In this document: positions 36,341-47,950 of the stretch, in pieces
Position numbering within the stretch: the stretch's first letter is position 1
Layout: each line of letters begins with the position of its first letter
NCBI GenBank assembly: GCA_049999805.1
Contig: JBNGIO010006161.1
Span: 62,001 to 126,000, forward strand
Source of the DNA: Folioceros fuciformis
Lineage: Eukaryota
DNA length: 64,000 nt
Direction: 5' to 3'
The notes under the pieces: generated by a model
Database searches by the model: none
What the model was told of the DNA's origin: nothing
What the model saw: only the letters and a program-made list of their open reading frames with translations
Program-made: the position numbers and the translations under genes

Positions 36341-37175
36341 AACGGCGGGTAGTTCCCAAATTGCCATCCGTGGGGGACGGATTAGATGGTCGGTCCGCCT
36401 CGGTTCGGGGGAGACGGCCATGCATTGTCATCCTATGTGATAGATCTCACCTTCTTAACCTATAACCAGTCATCTTGGATCCTTCGCAAGTTACAAGGCC
36501 CAAGGAGGTACAAGGGAATAACTACTACATCAAGATTTAAAATATGAAGAAATTTCTTTACAGCTACATCTCGTTCAAAAAATGTCATGATCTAGTGTCG
36601 AAAAATGTCTCTGGCGTGGCTTGTATTGTCCATAACATAATTATAATCATAATAATATATCAAATAATTCGAAATTTTATAGGTTTGTGTTACATATCTA
36701 AACTGCACTTAAAGAAAATGTAACTCAGAGCAATGACCGAGACCATTTAGGTCGATTAAGATATGGGTTTAAGGTTATTAAGATGCATTAAGTTGATGAA
36801 GAGGCGTTAAGTGTGAGCGCTGTGTATATATGTATGCATGGCTTCCCATTCCTAGTATATTAGAACCTTGGACTCGCTGTTCTCCAACAAGATCAACGAC
36901 GTTAAACCTTGCAATTCCAGCGCACGGGCTTCAACGGTTGCAGGTTGGTTGTCGAGAATGGCCTTAGCTTCCTGAAACTTCGTGTCGAATTTTCTTGCAT
37001 TGTCGTCGGTCACTAGTGTAACAATCACTTGTTGTGTGCGCTCATCTCTTTTTTTTTAGGCCGATAGATTCAGGCACTGTAGCCTTGAATCACATCTGTT
37101 GGATTCAAATTTGGCCGCAGCAGAGCTGCTAGTGCGCACCACTGAGCTGACTGATCACAAACGTCGTCGCTGACG

Positions 37176-40100
37176 ATGCCGAACGTGGTGAATTCACATT
37201 CTGTGGAAGGGACGGATGTGCAAGTGGAGGAAGGAGCACGAGAAATGAAGATTAGAAACATCTGCATTTTAGCACACGTGGATCATGGCAAGACAACTTT
37301 GGCAGATCATCTGATTGCTGGGGCAGGGGGCGGAGTGATTCATGCAAAGATGGCTGGGAAGCTCAGGTTTTTGGATTATAGGGAGGATGAGCAATTGAGA
37401 GCCATCACCATGAAGAGTTCGGCCATCACTCTGCAGTACAAGGGCCACGCCATTAACCTAATTGACTCACCGGGACATGTTGATTTTTGTAGTGAAGTGT
37501 CAACAGCAGCCCGCCTTAGCGACGGGGCGTTGGTGCTGGTAGATGTGTGTGAGGGGGTGCACATACAAACGCATGCCGTTCTGCGGCAGGCGTGGATTGA
37601 GAAGGTCACACCGTGTTTGGTGCTCAACAAGGTTGATAGGTTGATAACGGAGGTGAAAATGACGCCTTCGGAGGCGTACGCACGTATGCAGGTAAAGTGC
37701 GATGATTCTTCACTTGGTTTCAAGAATGCAGTTTGAGATCTTGTGCTATACAGAGTAGTTTTCTTCCAGGCTCATGATCGTGCAACGCTGTTTTTGCAGA
37801 GCATTATTGGCGAGGTCAACAACATTATAAATGCTTTTCGTTCGGAGAAGTATATATCGGATGTGGACTCCATCCTGGCAGGACCCTCGTCCCCTTTGGA
37901 CGAAGGAGGGGGTCAGGGGGTGGAAGACGAGCCCGATGAAGAAGATGCTTTTGCTCCAGAGCAGGGAAATGTGGCGTTTGGCTGTGCACTCGATGGTTGG
38001 GCTTTTCAGATCGAACAATTTGCTGACCTGTACGCCACAAAACTGGGTGCAAGTATCAAGGCCTTGAAGAGAGCTTTGTGGGGGGATTACTACTATAATC
38101 CCAAAACGAAAAAGATTGTGGGCAAGAAGGCAGCAGCTGGAAAACTGAAACCCATGTTCGTCCAGTTTGTGCTCGAACCACTTTGGCAGGTCTATGATGT
38201 CGTTATGCAGGGGAGTAAAGGTACAGATATGCTGCAGAAAATTATAAAGTCCATGAGCTTGACAGTTCCTCCTCGTGAATTGGTGCACAAGGATTGTAAA
38301 GTAGTGCTTCAGGCAGTCATGAGTCGCTGGCTTCCCATAGTGGACGCTGTTTTGTCCATGGTGGTGGAGAAGTTGCCTGGTCCTGGCGTAGCGCAAGCTT
38401 ACCGAGCTGTTCGTTTGATGCCTACCCATTTGTACCCTACCGGAATCAGCACTGAGGTCCAAGAAAAGTTGGGGAGCGTGCGGAAGGCTGTTGAAGTATG
38501 TGATGACAGCAGTACTGCACCCTGTGTAGTTTACGTCTCCAAGATGTTTGCAGTTCCTACTGAGATGTTGCCACGCTCCAATCCTGAAGGGGAGGTTCTA
38601 ACCAATCTGGAAGATGAACTCGGGCTAGGTGACAGTGATGCTTCCCATCATGAGTGTTTCCTTGCATTTGCTAGAGTATTTAGTGGGGTTCTGCGTGCTG
38701 GTCAGAATGTTCTTATTCTCTCACCACTTTATGATCCCACTGCACCGAAGTTGGATACCGATTCTCTGCAAGAAGCTACTGTTCAGGCCCTCTACATGAT
38801 GATGGGAAGCGGTCTGGAGCCGAAAGCTTCCGCCTCTGCTGGTAATGTGGTTGCATTGAGGGGCCTCGGGCAGCACATCCTGAAAACTGCAACTTTATCC
38901 ACCACTCCTTATTGCTGGCCTTTTCAGAGTATGGACTTTCAGGCGGCTCCGATTGTCCGGGTTGCTCTAGAGCCAAAGAACCCAGCAGACATGGGTGCTC
39001 TTGCAAGAGGCTTAAAGCTCCTTAACAAGGCAGACCCATTTGTTGAAGTATCTGTATCTGGGAATGGTGAACATGTTCTTGCAACAGCTGGGGAAGTCCA
39101 CCTAGAGAGGTGTATCAAGGATTTGAGAGAGCGTTTCGCAAGGGTTGAACTGGAAGTGTCGCCACCCTTGGTGGCATTTCGAGAAACCATAGAGCCTGGT
39201 AGTGAGGACTCTCAGCAGTGTGGTCAGATGGGTTTGGAATATGTTGAAACAACTACGCCAAACAAGAGGTGTACGGTTCGTGTATACCTTGAAAGGTTGC
39301 CAGCCTCTATTTTGAAGGTTCTAGATGATAATCAAGAACTCCTGAAAGATATTATTGAGGGTCGTCCCATCTCCAGTTACAGGAAAAAAACTTGGATTGA
39401 CAAGCAAGGCGATGCTAAAGAGGATCCAGTTGCAACTTTGAAAGCTAACCTTTTGGCTGCTGCGTCTGGTGAAGATTCCTCTGGGGCAAACAAAAATTCA
39501 TATTGGCTTAAACGACTTGAGAGAATATGGGCCTTGGGGCCCAGACAAATGGGACCCAATCTTCTTCTCACTCCTGTTGGGAGGAAGGTAAGCCAGCAGA
39601 GCAATTCAGAAGAGCCTGAAGTCGACATGCAGTGTGTGAGAGGCTCTCCGCAGATGTCCAGGAAACTGGGCCTCGCTGAAGGTAGCTACGCTTCGACGGT
39701 CGCCGAGGGTCTAGCCGGGGATTCTCTGTCTCTTGAATCAGGATTAGAGGGTAGTGTAACAGCTGGTTTTCAGCTGGCAACAGCTCAAGGCCCTCTGTGC
39801 GAGGAGCCCACGTGGGGTATGGTCTTCACGGTCGAAGCATTCGTGTCCAAAGCTAAGGGTGATGCTGAAAATGGGGAGGGTGCTGACTCTGCTGCAGATG
39901 CTGGAGGAGGCAATGTTGCTGATCAGTACGGGCCGTTTTCTGGACAGGTTATGACTGCTGTGAAGGATGCTTGCCGAGCAGCTATGCTTGCACGAAATCC
40001 CAGAATTGCTGAAGCCATGTACTTTGTGGAGGTCAGTACAGGTCCGGAACATCTAGGCCAGGTGTACGCTGTTCTAGGCCGAAGGCGAGCTCGTGTTCTG

Positions 40101-40433
40101 AAAGAGGAGATGCAAGAAGGCACAGCTGTGTTTCTAGTCCATGCTTACATGCCTGTCGCTGAAAGCTTTGGATTTGCGGATGAGCTGCGTAGGAAGACTT
40201 CAGGTGCTGCTAGCCCCTTATTAGTCCTGAGTCACTGGGAAGCTTTACTCCAAGACCCTTTCTTCGTTCCCAAGACAGAGGAGGAATTAGAGGAGTTTGG
40301 CGATGGGTCGAATATCCCACCCAATACTGCAAGGAAGCTTATTGACGGTGTGAGGCGACGCAAAGGCCTGGCGGTGGAGGAAAAGGTTGTCCAGTTTGCA
40401 ACAAAACAGAGGACTAGAGCAAGAAAAGTCTGA
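37176..40433 (+). CDS. EFL1: Elongation factor-like GTPase 1 (EFL1/RIA1), 2 exons (37176-37691, 37800-40433)
   Basis: [64 protein letters not shown]. Confidence 0.96.
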
Positions 40434-41241
40434 TGCCGGCAGGGTTTCAATCACCTTCTGCCCCGAGGGCTTTGAATGATTTCTCTTCATCCCACTTGGC
40501 CAAGATCATGGATTCCTCTTGTCGGCACAGGAGAACTCAGGCCTCTGAGGTATGCAAGCAGATAACATGAAGACTGCTCTGTCTGCGTAATGGCCAACAG
40601 AACAGCAAACGCACACTGAGGAAACAAACATGCAGCAGCCGACTGTTGTAGTTCCTCAAACGCAAAAGCTAGAGCAATTTTCCCTGTCATGGGTGAAGAG
40701 TTCCATGTCATCTACCGGAGGCAGACTCGTCTTCAACAAAGGTTGTGTCCCCGGAGACTTGGAGAATGCGCTGAACAAGAAGTTTAATCGGCCGTTCGCT
40801 TCCGCCGGAGGCTCGTGTTTTCCATCGGTGGGCACAAAACAGCGTGTCACATATCCACTGAGCAAATAGCTGCGTCGGCGTCCGAGAGAGTACGAGAATT
40901 ATCATCTGAAAATAACGTCAGCGTCATACGCGATATGGATGTGTACCACTTGGTAGGCGCAGCAGTAACGAGTCCTGGGGTCAGGGTTGCTATAACCAAG
41001 CTCAAGTGTTTTGTAAATCACTATATTCTCAGGTGCTGACGGATTTAAGGATGCGTCTTAGGTAGGCTGCTGCAGCTTGGTGGAAGGCCAAGGCACAGAG
41101 CTGGGTGTACATGTAGCACATAGTTGCTACTAGACACGTGCCATTACGCTGATCATCAGCGGTTTCGCCTCGCCCAATATTTCGCCTCTCTTCTTCACTC
41201 TCGAAGTCCAGCAAGTTTTGTTGGACGGTGTTGGGCCCAGC

Positions 41242-41392
41242 TTTGAAGACGGACGATGCTGATACTTTCAAGCCGGACGATGCTTTTACTTTGCAGCCGG
41301 ACGATGCGTATACTTTGCAGCCGGACGATGCTGATACTTTGCAGCCGGACGATGCTGATACTTTGAAGCCGGACGGTGCCGATACTTTGAAG
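41242..41392. repeat. 21-bp minisatellite, about 7 copies
   Basis: Near-identical units of ctttgcagccggacgatgctgata. Confidence 0.9.
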
Positions 41393-41639
41393 TTGGCAAG
41401 TTCAGTGGAACCTCCCTGATTGGGAGTTTCTCTCTAAATGGGACCTCTATCTTACGCCCTTTAGATAACTATGAAAGAAAATATTAAACTTTAAAAAAAT
41501 TAAATGATCATTAAGAGATTTTTGAAACAAATATTGTGGGTAGTTTTACATAGTGAAATATATTTCTTTAATATATTTCTTAAAATAGACTTTGCATTCT
41601 ATCAATGTAATATAAATATATAATCATTAAGAAGAGATA

Positions 41640-41845
41640 AGGCAAAAAAAGATTGGAGGAACAATCCCAAAAAACCAAAGGTAAAGGCAAAAAAATATTG
41701 GAGGAACAATCCCATTAGGACAATCTTTGGAGTAACAACCCCATTATGGCTAAAGGTAAAGGCAAAAAAAGATTGGAGGAACAATACCATTAGGGCCAAA
41801 CGCACAAAAAGATTGGAGGAACAACCCCATTAGGGCCAAAGGTAA
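41640..41845. repeat. Four spaced copies of AAAAGATTGGAGGAACAA(T/C)(C/A)CC at the 3' side of the retroelement
   Basis: The motif recurs at about 41645, 41690, 41765 and 41805, with shared aaggtaaaggc and cattagggcc segments. Confidence 0.8.
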
Positions 41846-41879
41846 AAAGAGGAGGTACTCTCCCCTGCGAATATCTTTT

Positions 41880-43671
41880 TCAAAAACTACCTACTGCTCC
41901 CAAAATATCATGATGTGGAATAACAAAAGGCCTACCTACCATCGGTGCCGAAGAAGCCACTTGACCTGCACTTGTTGCTGTTCTCAAAACTGCATTGGCC
42001 AATGCTCGTTGCAAATCAATGGATACACGTTGTCGAAAGAAGGCCACCACAGAGAAAAGAGGGAGAACACCATTCCTATTGTTCTGATAAACCTTGGCGC
42101 ACTCCTTGATAAACCTTGAAAAGTTCTTGCCCATAGCCCCATGAGTCTCAAGAGCAAAGAGGGATGAAAGTATGCCCATCTTGCAAGGGAGAATACTTAT
42201 GGAGTTTGGCACTTGCACAACCCTTTGTTGCCCAACCAAGGGGGTTGATGATGACATGCTCAGAAATCGAATCCCTAGTGGGATCCGTAACAACCACATT
42301 AGCGACACAAACCTATTCTCCCCTAGTGAAGAAAAGGTCGGTGTTAAGTGAAACGTCATTGCGCAAAGTATAGGGATGCTCCCTATAGGGAAGAAACCCA
42401 CACTCCCTAGCCATTGAGAATATGACATCTCAAACTACATCCTGAGTGGCAATGCGGTGCCCCCCAACGGGACAACGTGCCAAGTGGGACTTTATATCGA
42501 CAATTGCAACCCCACAACCGCATGAAGAGAGAGAAAAAGCCAAGGAGTGGACTAAACCTAAGCGAAATCTCATCGCGGTGGCGAAAGTTGCTAGGGCGAT
42601 TCGAAATGCCTAAATGCAAAGTCGAGCTAAAAGCCAAGAGCTCGCTCCTTTACCTGAACAAGATCGAATACGAGCTCGAGAAGACTTAGGGATGGATGAA
42701 TTTGAAAGAAGGGCTCTTAGTGCTTGGCCATATTGCTTTCCTAGGAGGGAGGCTTGGAGACCCTTNNNNNNNNNNNNNNNNNNNNNNNNNNNNNNNNNNN
42801 NNNNNNNNNNNNNNNNNNNNNNNNNNNNNNNNNNNNNNNNNNNNNNNNNNNNNNNNNNNNNNNNNNNNNNNNNNNNNNNNNNNNNNNNNNNNNNNNNNNN
42901 NNNNNNNNNNNNNNNNNNNNNNNNNNNNNNNNNNNNNNNNNNNNNNNNNNNNNNNNNNNNNNNNNNNNNNNNNNNNNNNNNNNNNNNNNNNNNNNNNNNN
43001 NNNNNNNNNNNNNNNNNNNNNNNNNNNNNNNNNNNNNNNNNNNNNNNNNNNNNNNNNNNNNNNNNNNNNNNNNNNNNNNNNNNNNNNNNNNNNNNNNNNN
43101 NNNNNNNNNNNNNNNNNNNNNNNNNNNNNNNNNNNNNNNNNNNNNNNNNNNNNNNNNNNNNNNNNTAAAAGACCAACAAAGACAACTGGGGCAAAGGCCT
43201 CCATGGCTAAAAGACCAACCCCTTCAAAGGCGATTGGCAAAGAAACCTGCTTCCAAGCCAAATCATCGACAGCACACTCGAAGGTGCCCGGACCTATGAT
43301 GTTCCCAAGAGTCTGCATAACTTGATTGTCAAACTTCCTGAGACTTGATAAGAAAAATGGAGAAGGCGCAACAGTTCTAGTGAGGTAACCTGGTCGCCGT
43401 GCAAAACAAACGCAATCTAAGGATCACCGATTTGTGAGAGGTCTATGATATGAGCCAAATCTTCATCCAATGCTTCATCCACAAACCTATACCAAATCTT
43501 CNNNNNNNNNNCCAAATCTTCATCCAATGCTTCATCCACAAACCTATACCAAATCTTCATCCACTGCTTCATCCACAAACCTATAAACAAAATCAGGAGG
43601 TCCCATAGGCATACCTAAGACTCGAAGTCCCTGCGAGGGAGTAATATCCCCAAATATTGAAGGGGGGAGTG
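41880..43671 (-). mobile_element. Decayed, 5'-truncated non-LTR retrotransposon with restriction-like endonuclease (CRE-clade-like)
   Basis: Minus-strand translation: GLRVLGMPMGPPDFV (RT end), QVSLPIAFEGVGL (thumb), ARIRSCSGKGASSWL, MRFRLGL, SCGC...HLARC (zinc knuckle), TDL...NVVVTDP...KLHKY...FALETHG...FFRQRVSIDLQRA. It has in-frame stops and a frameshift, and spans two N gaps. Confidence 0.8.
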
Positions 43672-43692
43672 AACCCTAAACCCTAAACCCTA
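43672..43692. repeat. Telomeric repeat (AAACCCT) x3 at the retroelement 5' junction
   Basis: aaccctaaaccctaaacccta. Confidence 0.85.
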
Positions 43693-43729
43693 CCCATCAT
43701 CAAACAACCTTATGAGTCTCCTGTCATGC

Positions 43730-43878
43730 CTACAAATCTATTGTGCTATGAAACATCCAACAACACTCAGTTATGACCAGTTACTTTGAGGTTACAACCC
43801 AATGTTTCTCAACTACAAATCTATTGTGCTATGAAACATCCAACAACTTATGATCAGTTACGACCCAATGTTTCTCAA
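43730..43878. repeat. Imperfect direct duplication
   Basis: ctacaaatctattgtgctatgaaacatccaacaac occurs twice, each time followed by ttatga(c/t)cagtta...acccaatgtttctcaa. Confidence 0.75.
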
Positions 43879-43939
43879 AACAATGCGCAACACCGAAGGC
43901 TTTGTAGCGTTGACAACAATGGACTCATTCAAGTATCAT

Positions 43940-46900
43940 CTAGTTTTGATCTATCATGCCCTGCAACTGAGCAACAATGGAAAAGCGATGGGCATATCCG
44001 GACCCGTAATGAGAAATCAAGATTTCTTTCACGATATCTAAGCTCTCTTTAGCACATTTTGTGTCTGTGAGAGCCAATGCGATTGAAACAAGCTTGAGTC
44101 GCTCACTGGCAAGAGTTATATGTGAGCAATTGTAAAGGAGCTCCAAAATCTGCAAAAAGCTCAAAAGACCATTAATCCTGAACTTCAACTGTAATACGGC
44201 ACATAGTCTAGCAAGATTTTGTGAACTGGGTTTGAAAAGTAGGCTTTTCGATTTGGAAGATTTTATACCTTGATGGAAGCTAGACAATGAGGCATGGCAG
44301 CTCCAGGATTGCCCATCACACAGTACGATTTTGCTAAAATGTCGTGTGCCTGGAGGTAATGCAGGTTGGCATCAGAATGTTGCATGAATTTCACTCCAGT
44401 GAGAGGGGAGAGAGAACCCGGAGGGAAATGGACAACCACATCGGACTCACCTTTGCAAGTTGTTTGTTGCAAGGATGTACGAGGACCTGTAGCTGTTTTA
44501 AAGATTCCAGAGCACTTTGCTCATGAACTGCAAATTCTGCTTGTTCCAAATTGGTATCCAGTAGTTTCTCCAATCTGCTCACACGGAAGTGATGCCAGTA
44601 CAGGATGTAGTAGTTGCCACTGAGGGAAGAGACTACAGTGGGTACGGGAGAGAGCAAACCTGAGAACCACTTGGAAGTGTTTCCTTGCCAGACCGTAAAT
44701 CCTATTTCGGTCCACCAGTAACGTGCAACTGAGGCATCGAAATGGATGGTCATTCCATTCCGAACCCACGTCATCAACATCAGGGCCAATAACTACTCCA
44801 GAGCATCCAGGTTTGGGGCACAGCACAGCATTAATGACTGTGTCGGAAAAATTTGAGGTAGAGCAAGCTATGCAAGTACAAGTGAAGGAGTAGCGCTCCT
44901 TCAGCCACTTTTGTCTCGTTGATCTCGTCATTTCACCCACCTGCTAGACCAGCCACTGCATTAGGATCCCATCTATCTGCCATACATCTGTGTGACATAT
45001 TTCAAGAATTCAGGCATTGCTCCACACCTGTGCCCCATAACAAATTTCCAGCTCAGTAAATGCTCGGATGCTCTTAGTGGCGTGGATGAAGAGACAGCAC
45101 GAAGTGAAAGAGGCGTGACAATTGGGATCACAGGAATGGTTCAGCATGCTTCCCTTGAGATAAACTGCCTGGGCTATATTGTTCTGTATCACACACACAC
45201 ACACATAAGACACTCGAATAGGAAACAAGTTCTCAAAGATGAGATGGGAGCCGTTACCTGGTCAACAGTGCAAACGGCACTCCTGGCTGCATCCACATCG
45301 CTGCTGGTCGATGTGACTTCATTGATGGCTATCGAGTTGGCTCGCAGTTGAGCCATTATCAGGATAAGCTAGAAACGATTTTAACTGTACGTCAGTAGCA
45401 AGATTTCTAGCGTGAGGACTGATGATCTAAACGTCCCCACACTTTGCTCAGTTGTTACGACTTACTTCAACGGATATGTCTGCTGTGGTGCCTGTGATCA
45501 TGCGAGACGAGGGGCAGTGTTGCAAACAATGAGCAAGAACCGTAGACAGTACGTGCATCTCCAATTTCTCTGAAGAGAGCACTTTATCGAATTGATGGCA
45601 CAAGTTTCTTGGCTGCAGACAATCAACCACACAAAACTGTTAAGTCACATCGACGCCCAAGCTGCAGCTCGGTGAGAAGGGGGATGAAATAGTGATGCAC
45701 CTATCTGCAACAAGAAACCTATATCCAGGGACTTATTGAGTTAGCTGAATATGAGACACCTCTGGCATATGCTGCCTTGCTGCTTTCCACTCTCAAGGCT
45801 TGCCTATCTGTTCCACCCTGCACATCCGTAGGCTGCACATAATCTAAATGCCGTGACCTCATATAAACTCTGGCAGCCAATACAGCTTCAATAGGCAGCA
45901 CTGCAGCCCAGCTTGCACCTCCACATTCATGCCTGTGTTGACCATAACGTGCTTTCTTGATTGCAACTTCAACTCTGTGAGCAGTCTTTTCTGACAAGGG
46001 TTCGTCAATACTACAGGAGCCACTTGAGAGGCAAGAATCCCCTTGGATCCTGGCAGTCCAATTGCTATTGGTTGCATAATCTATGTCTTCCTCTGTCCAA
46101 GAGGTCCCCGCTGCACTGTCACGGCATGTCTCAGAACAGTACACACTGACAGTGCAGCCGTCACATGCCACTTCACCTACTGGCAACTTCTCGAAGCAGA
46201 AGTGACAATAAGTGTCCCGATGCAATTTCAGCAGCACCTGCAGATGATGCTGAGTGGATCAGATAAATCGTGAATTGGCTTGCAGGACAATTCGTTCCCT
46301 GGAAAGCCTAGAGACTTACAGCAGCATAAGGGTCTTCCGTCACAATCAAGCTTCCAGGAATAAGGTCTTCTGTAGTCCTCAGACCAACACCTCTGTCTGC
46401 TGTCCACATCGTTTCTGCAAGGCTGGGACAGACTTGGCGGATTTCTCTGGCATCTGTTTAGAGCAAGAGTCAGTGGCTATCAAATAACCTCAACCTAGAT
46501 CATTGATGCTGCAAAACTTGTGATGTAGAAACTCTACCCACAAACCTGCACCACTCTTCATGCCGAGCAGAGCTTCTCCACATGTCTGGTGCCTTTTCTG
46601 AAGCGATTTAAGCTGTTTCTCAGCTTGTTTCCTGCCACCGATTGAGCTCTCTAGGGCCAAGGCCTTTTCCATGTCAGAGATCGCCTCTTGGATCCTTCCT
46701 TGCTCTGACCTGACCAGGCTTCTCCTGTACCAAGCCTTCACACAGCCATTGAAACTCATTTATGACAATTGATCAACAGATTTGCCTCCCATATAGTCAC
46801 CAGCTGTGCCGACAATACACTGTTTTTTCAGACATTTCGAAATGGACGACCGATACCTTGGAGTACGAGGCCCAAAGCTTAACAGCACGACTGCAGTCCC

Positions 46901-47556
46901 GTCCAGCTGCATCCAGGAAACCTAGTTTCTTCACAGAAAATCAAAGAATCAGAGCACACTGAAGCATCGTAGCAGAGAACAAGGCCATGAACATGGTGTG
47001 AGGTCTGATACTAACATGCAGGCAGGCAGATCGATTCACCAGAATAGTTGCAACTGTGCGTGCATGCTGGGCCTGCAAACCCAAAGGACAGAATCGGAGG
47101 GCCTGAGCAACCAGCCATATCCAGGTATGAGTACAAATCGTAACAGACTGTAAAACAAGTGCTGCAGTTCATTTTACAACCTTGTTGTAACACGATAAAG
47201 CCTTGTGAAAGTCTGAACCCACAAAAGCATTGTTACCGTCCCTCTTCCAATCCGCAGCAACATTCTCATCCTTGGACGAGGTTGCAATACCCGAAGCCAC
47301 CAACTGGTCTATCAGCTGTATCCACCCATCCACCACGGTGTGGCCTCAGAAGATGCCAATATGTGTCTCACATATCTGGTAATGTGAAATCCAAATGGTT
47401 TTGGGTTTCTCGTCGACCAAGACTTACATGCGGAAAGAAAGTCTGGTCTGTCAGATGGGAAAAAAGTGCTGCGCAAGTGAAGGGCAAGTCTGCAGTAGTG
47501 CTGTTCCCGATCTGCCGAGCTGATTCGGGAGGAATGCTTGCTTTTAATCTCTCCAT
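43940..47556 (-). CDS. TPR + SET/MYND protein (SMYD4-like), multi-exon
   Basis: MERLKASIP N-terminus, TPR (KAWYRRS), MYND (CHFC...CDGC...YCSETC...HRHEC), SET (SMLNHSCDPN, ELEICYG) and post-SET (YSFTCTCIAC). TAG at 43940. Confidence 0.88.
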
Positions 47557-47950
47557 GATGTCAAGTTCTGCTCAGCACATCATCAGCACATCCTGACTGT
47601 GGAATACATATGACGCAAAATTCAGATGATTAGCGACTCAAACTATGATATATTGGTGGTGGGCAAGAGGCAGGTTCAAGCGGCGTCTAGGTACTCGCTC
47701 CGGACCTTCTACAGTTGGCTGCTTCTTGCAGTCGACAGCTTGGATGGCACGGTCAGACAAGGTCTGAACCTGCTGGAATTGGTGATGGGTATACTTGCGT
47801 CCAGCTCAAGGAAGGGCCAGAGTGAACACTTCGATGCACATCTGGTCTGCTCACCAGTGGAACACACGCACGGACGAGCCTGGAGTGATTCGGAGAGAAA
47901 TTAACCTTACTGTCCAGTTTGAGAGCTGCGCCGGGCCCGATTGATAAATC

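Noticed and set aside
41640-41845. Spaced repeats as a CRISPR-like array
   Set aside because: Eukaryotic context, irregular spacing, spacers share sequence with each other, and no cas genes.
43456-43585. Triplicated ~37-bp segment in the retroelement
   Set aside because: The copies straddle a 10-N gap, so overlapping contig ends are the likely cause.
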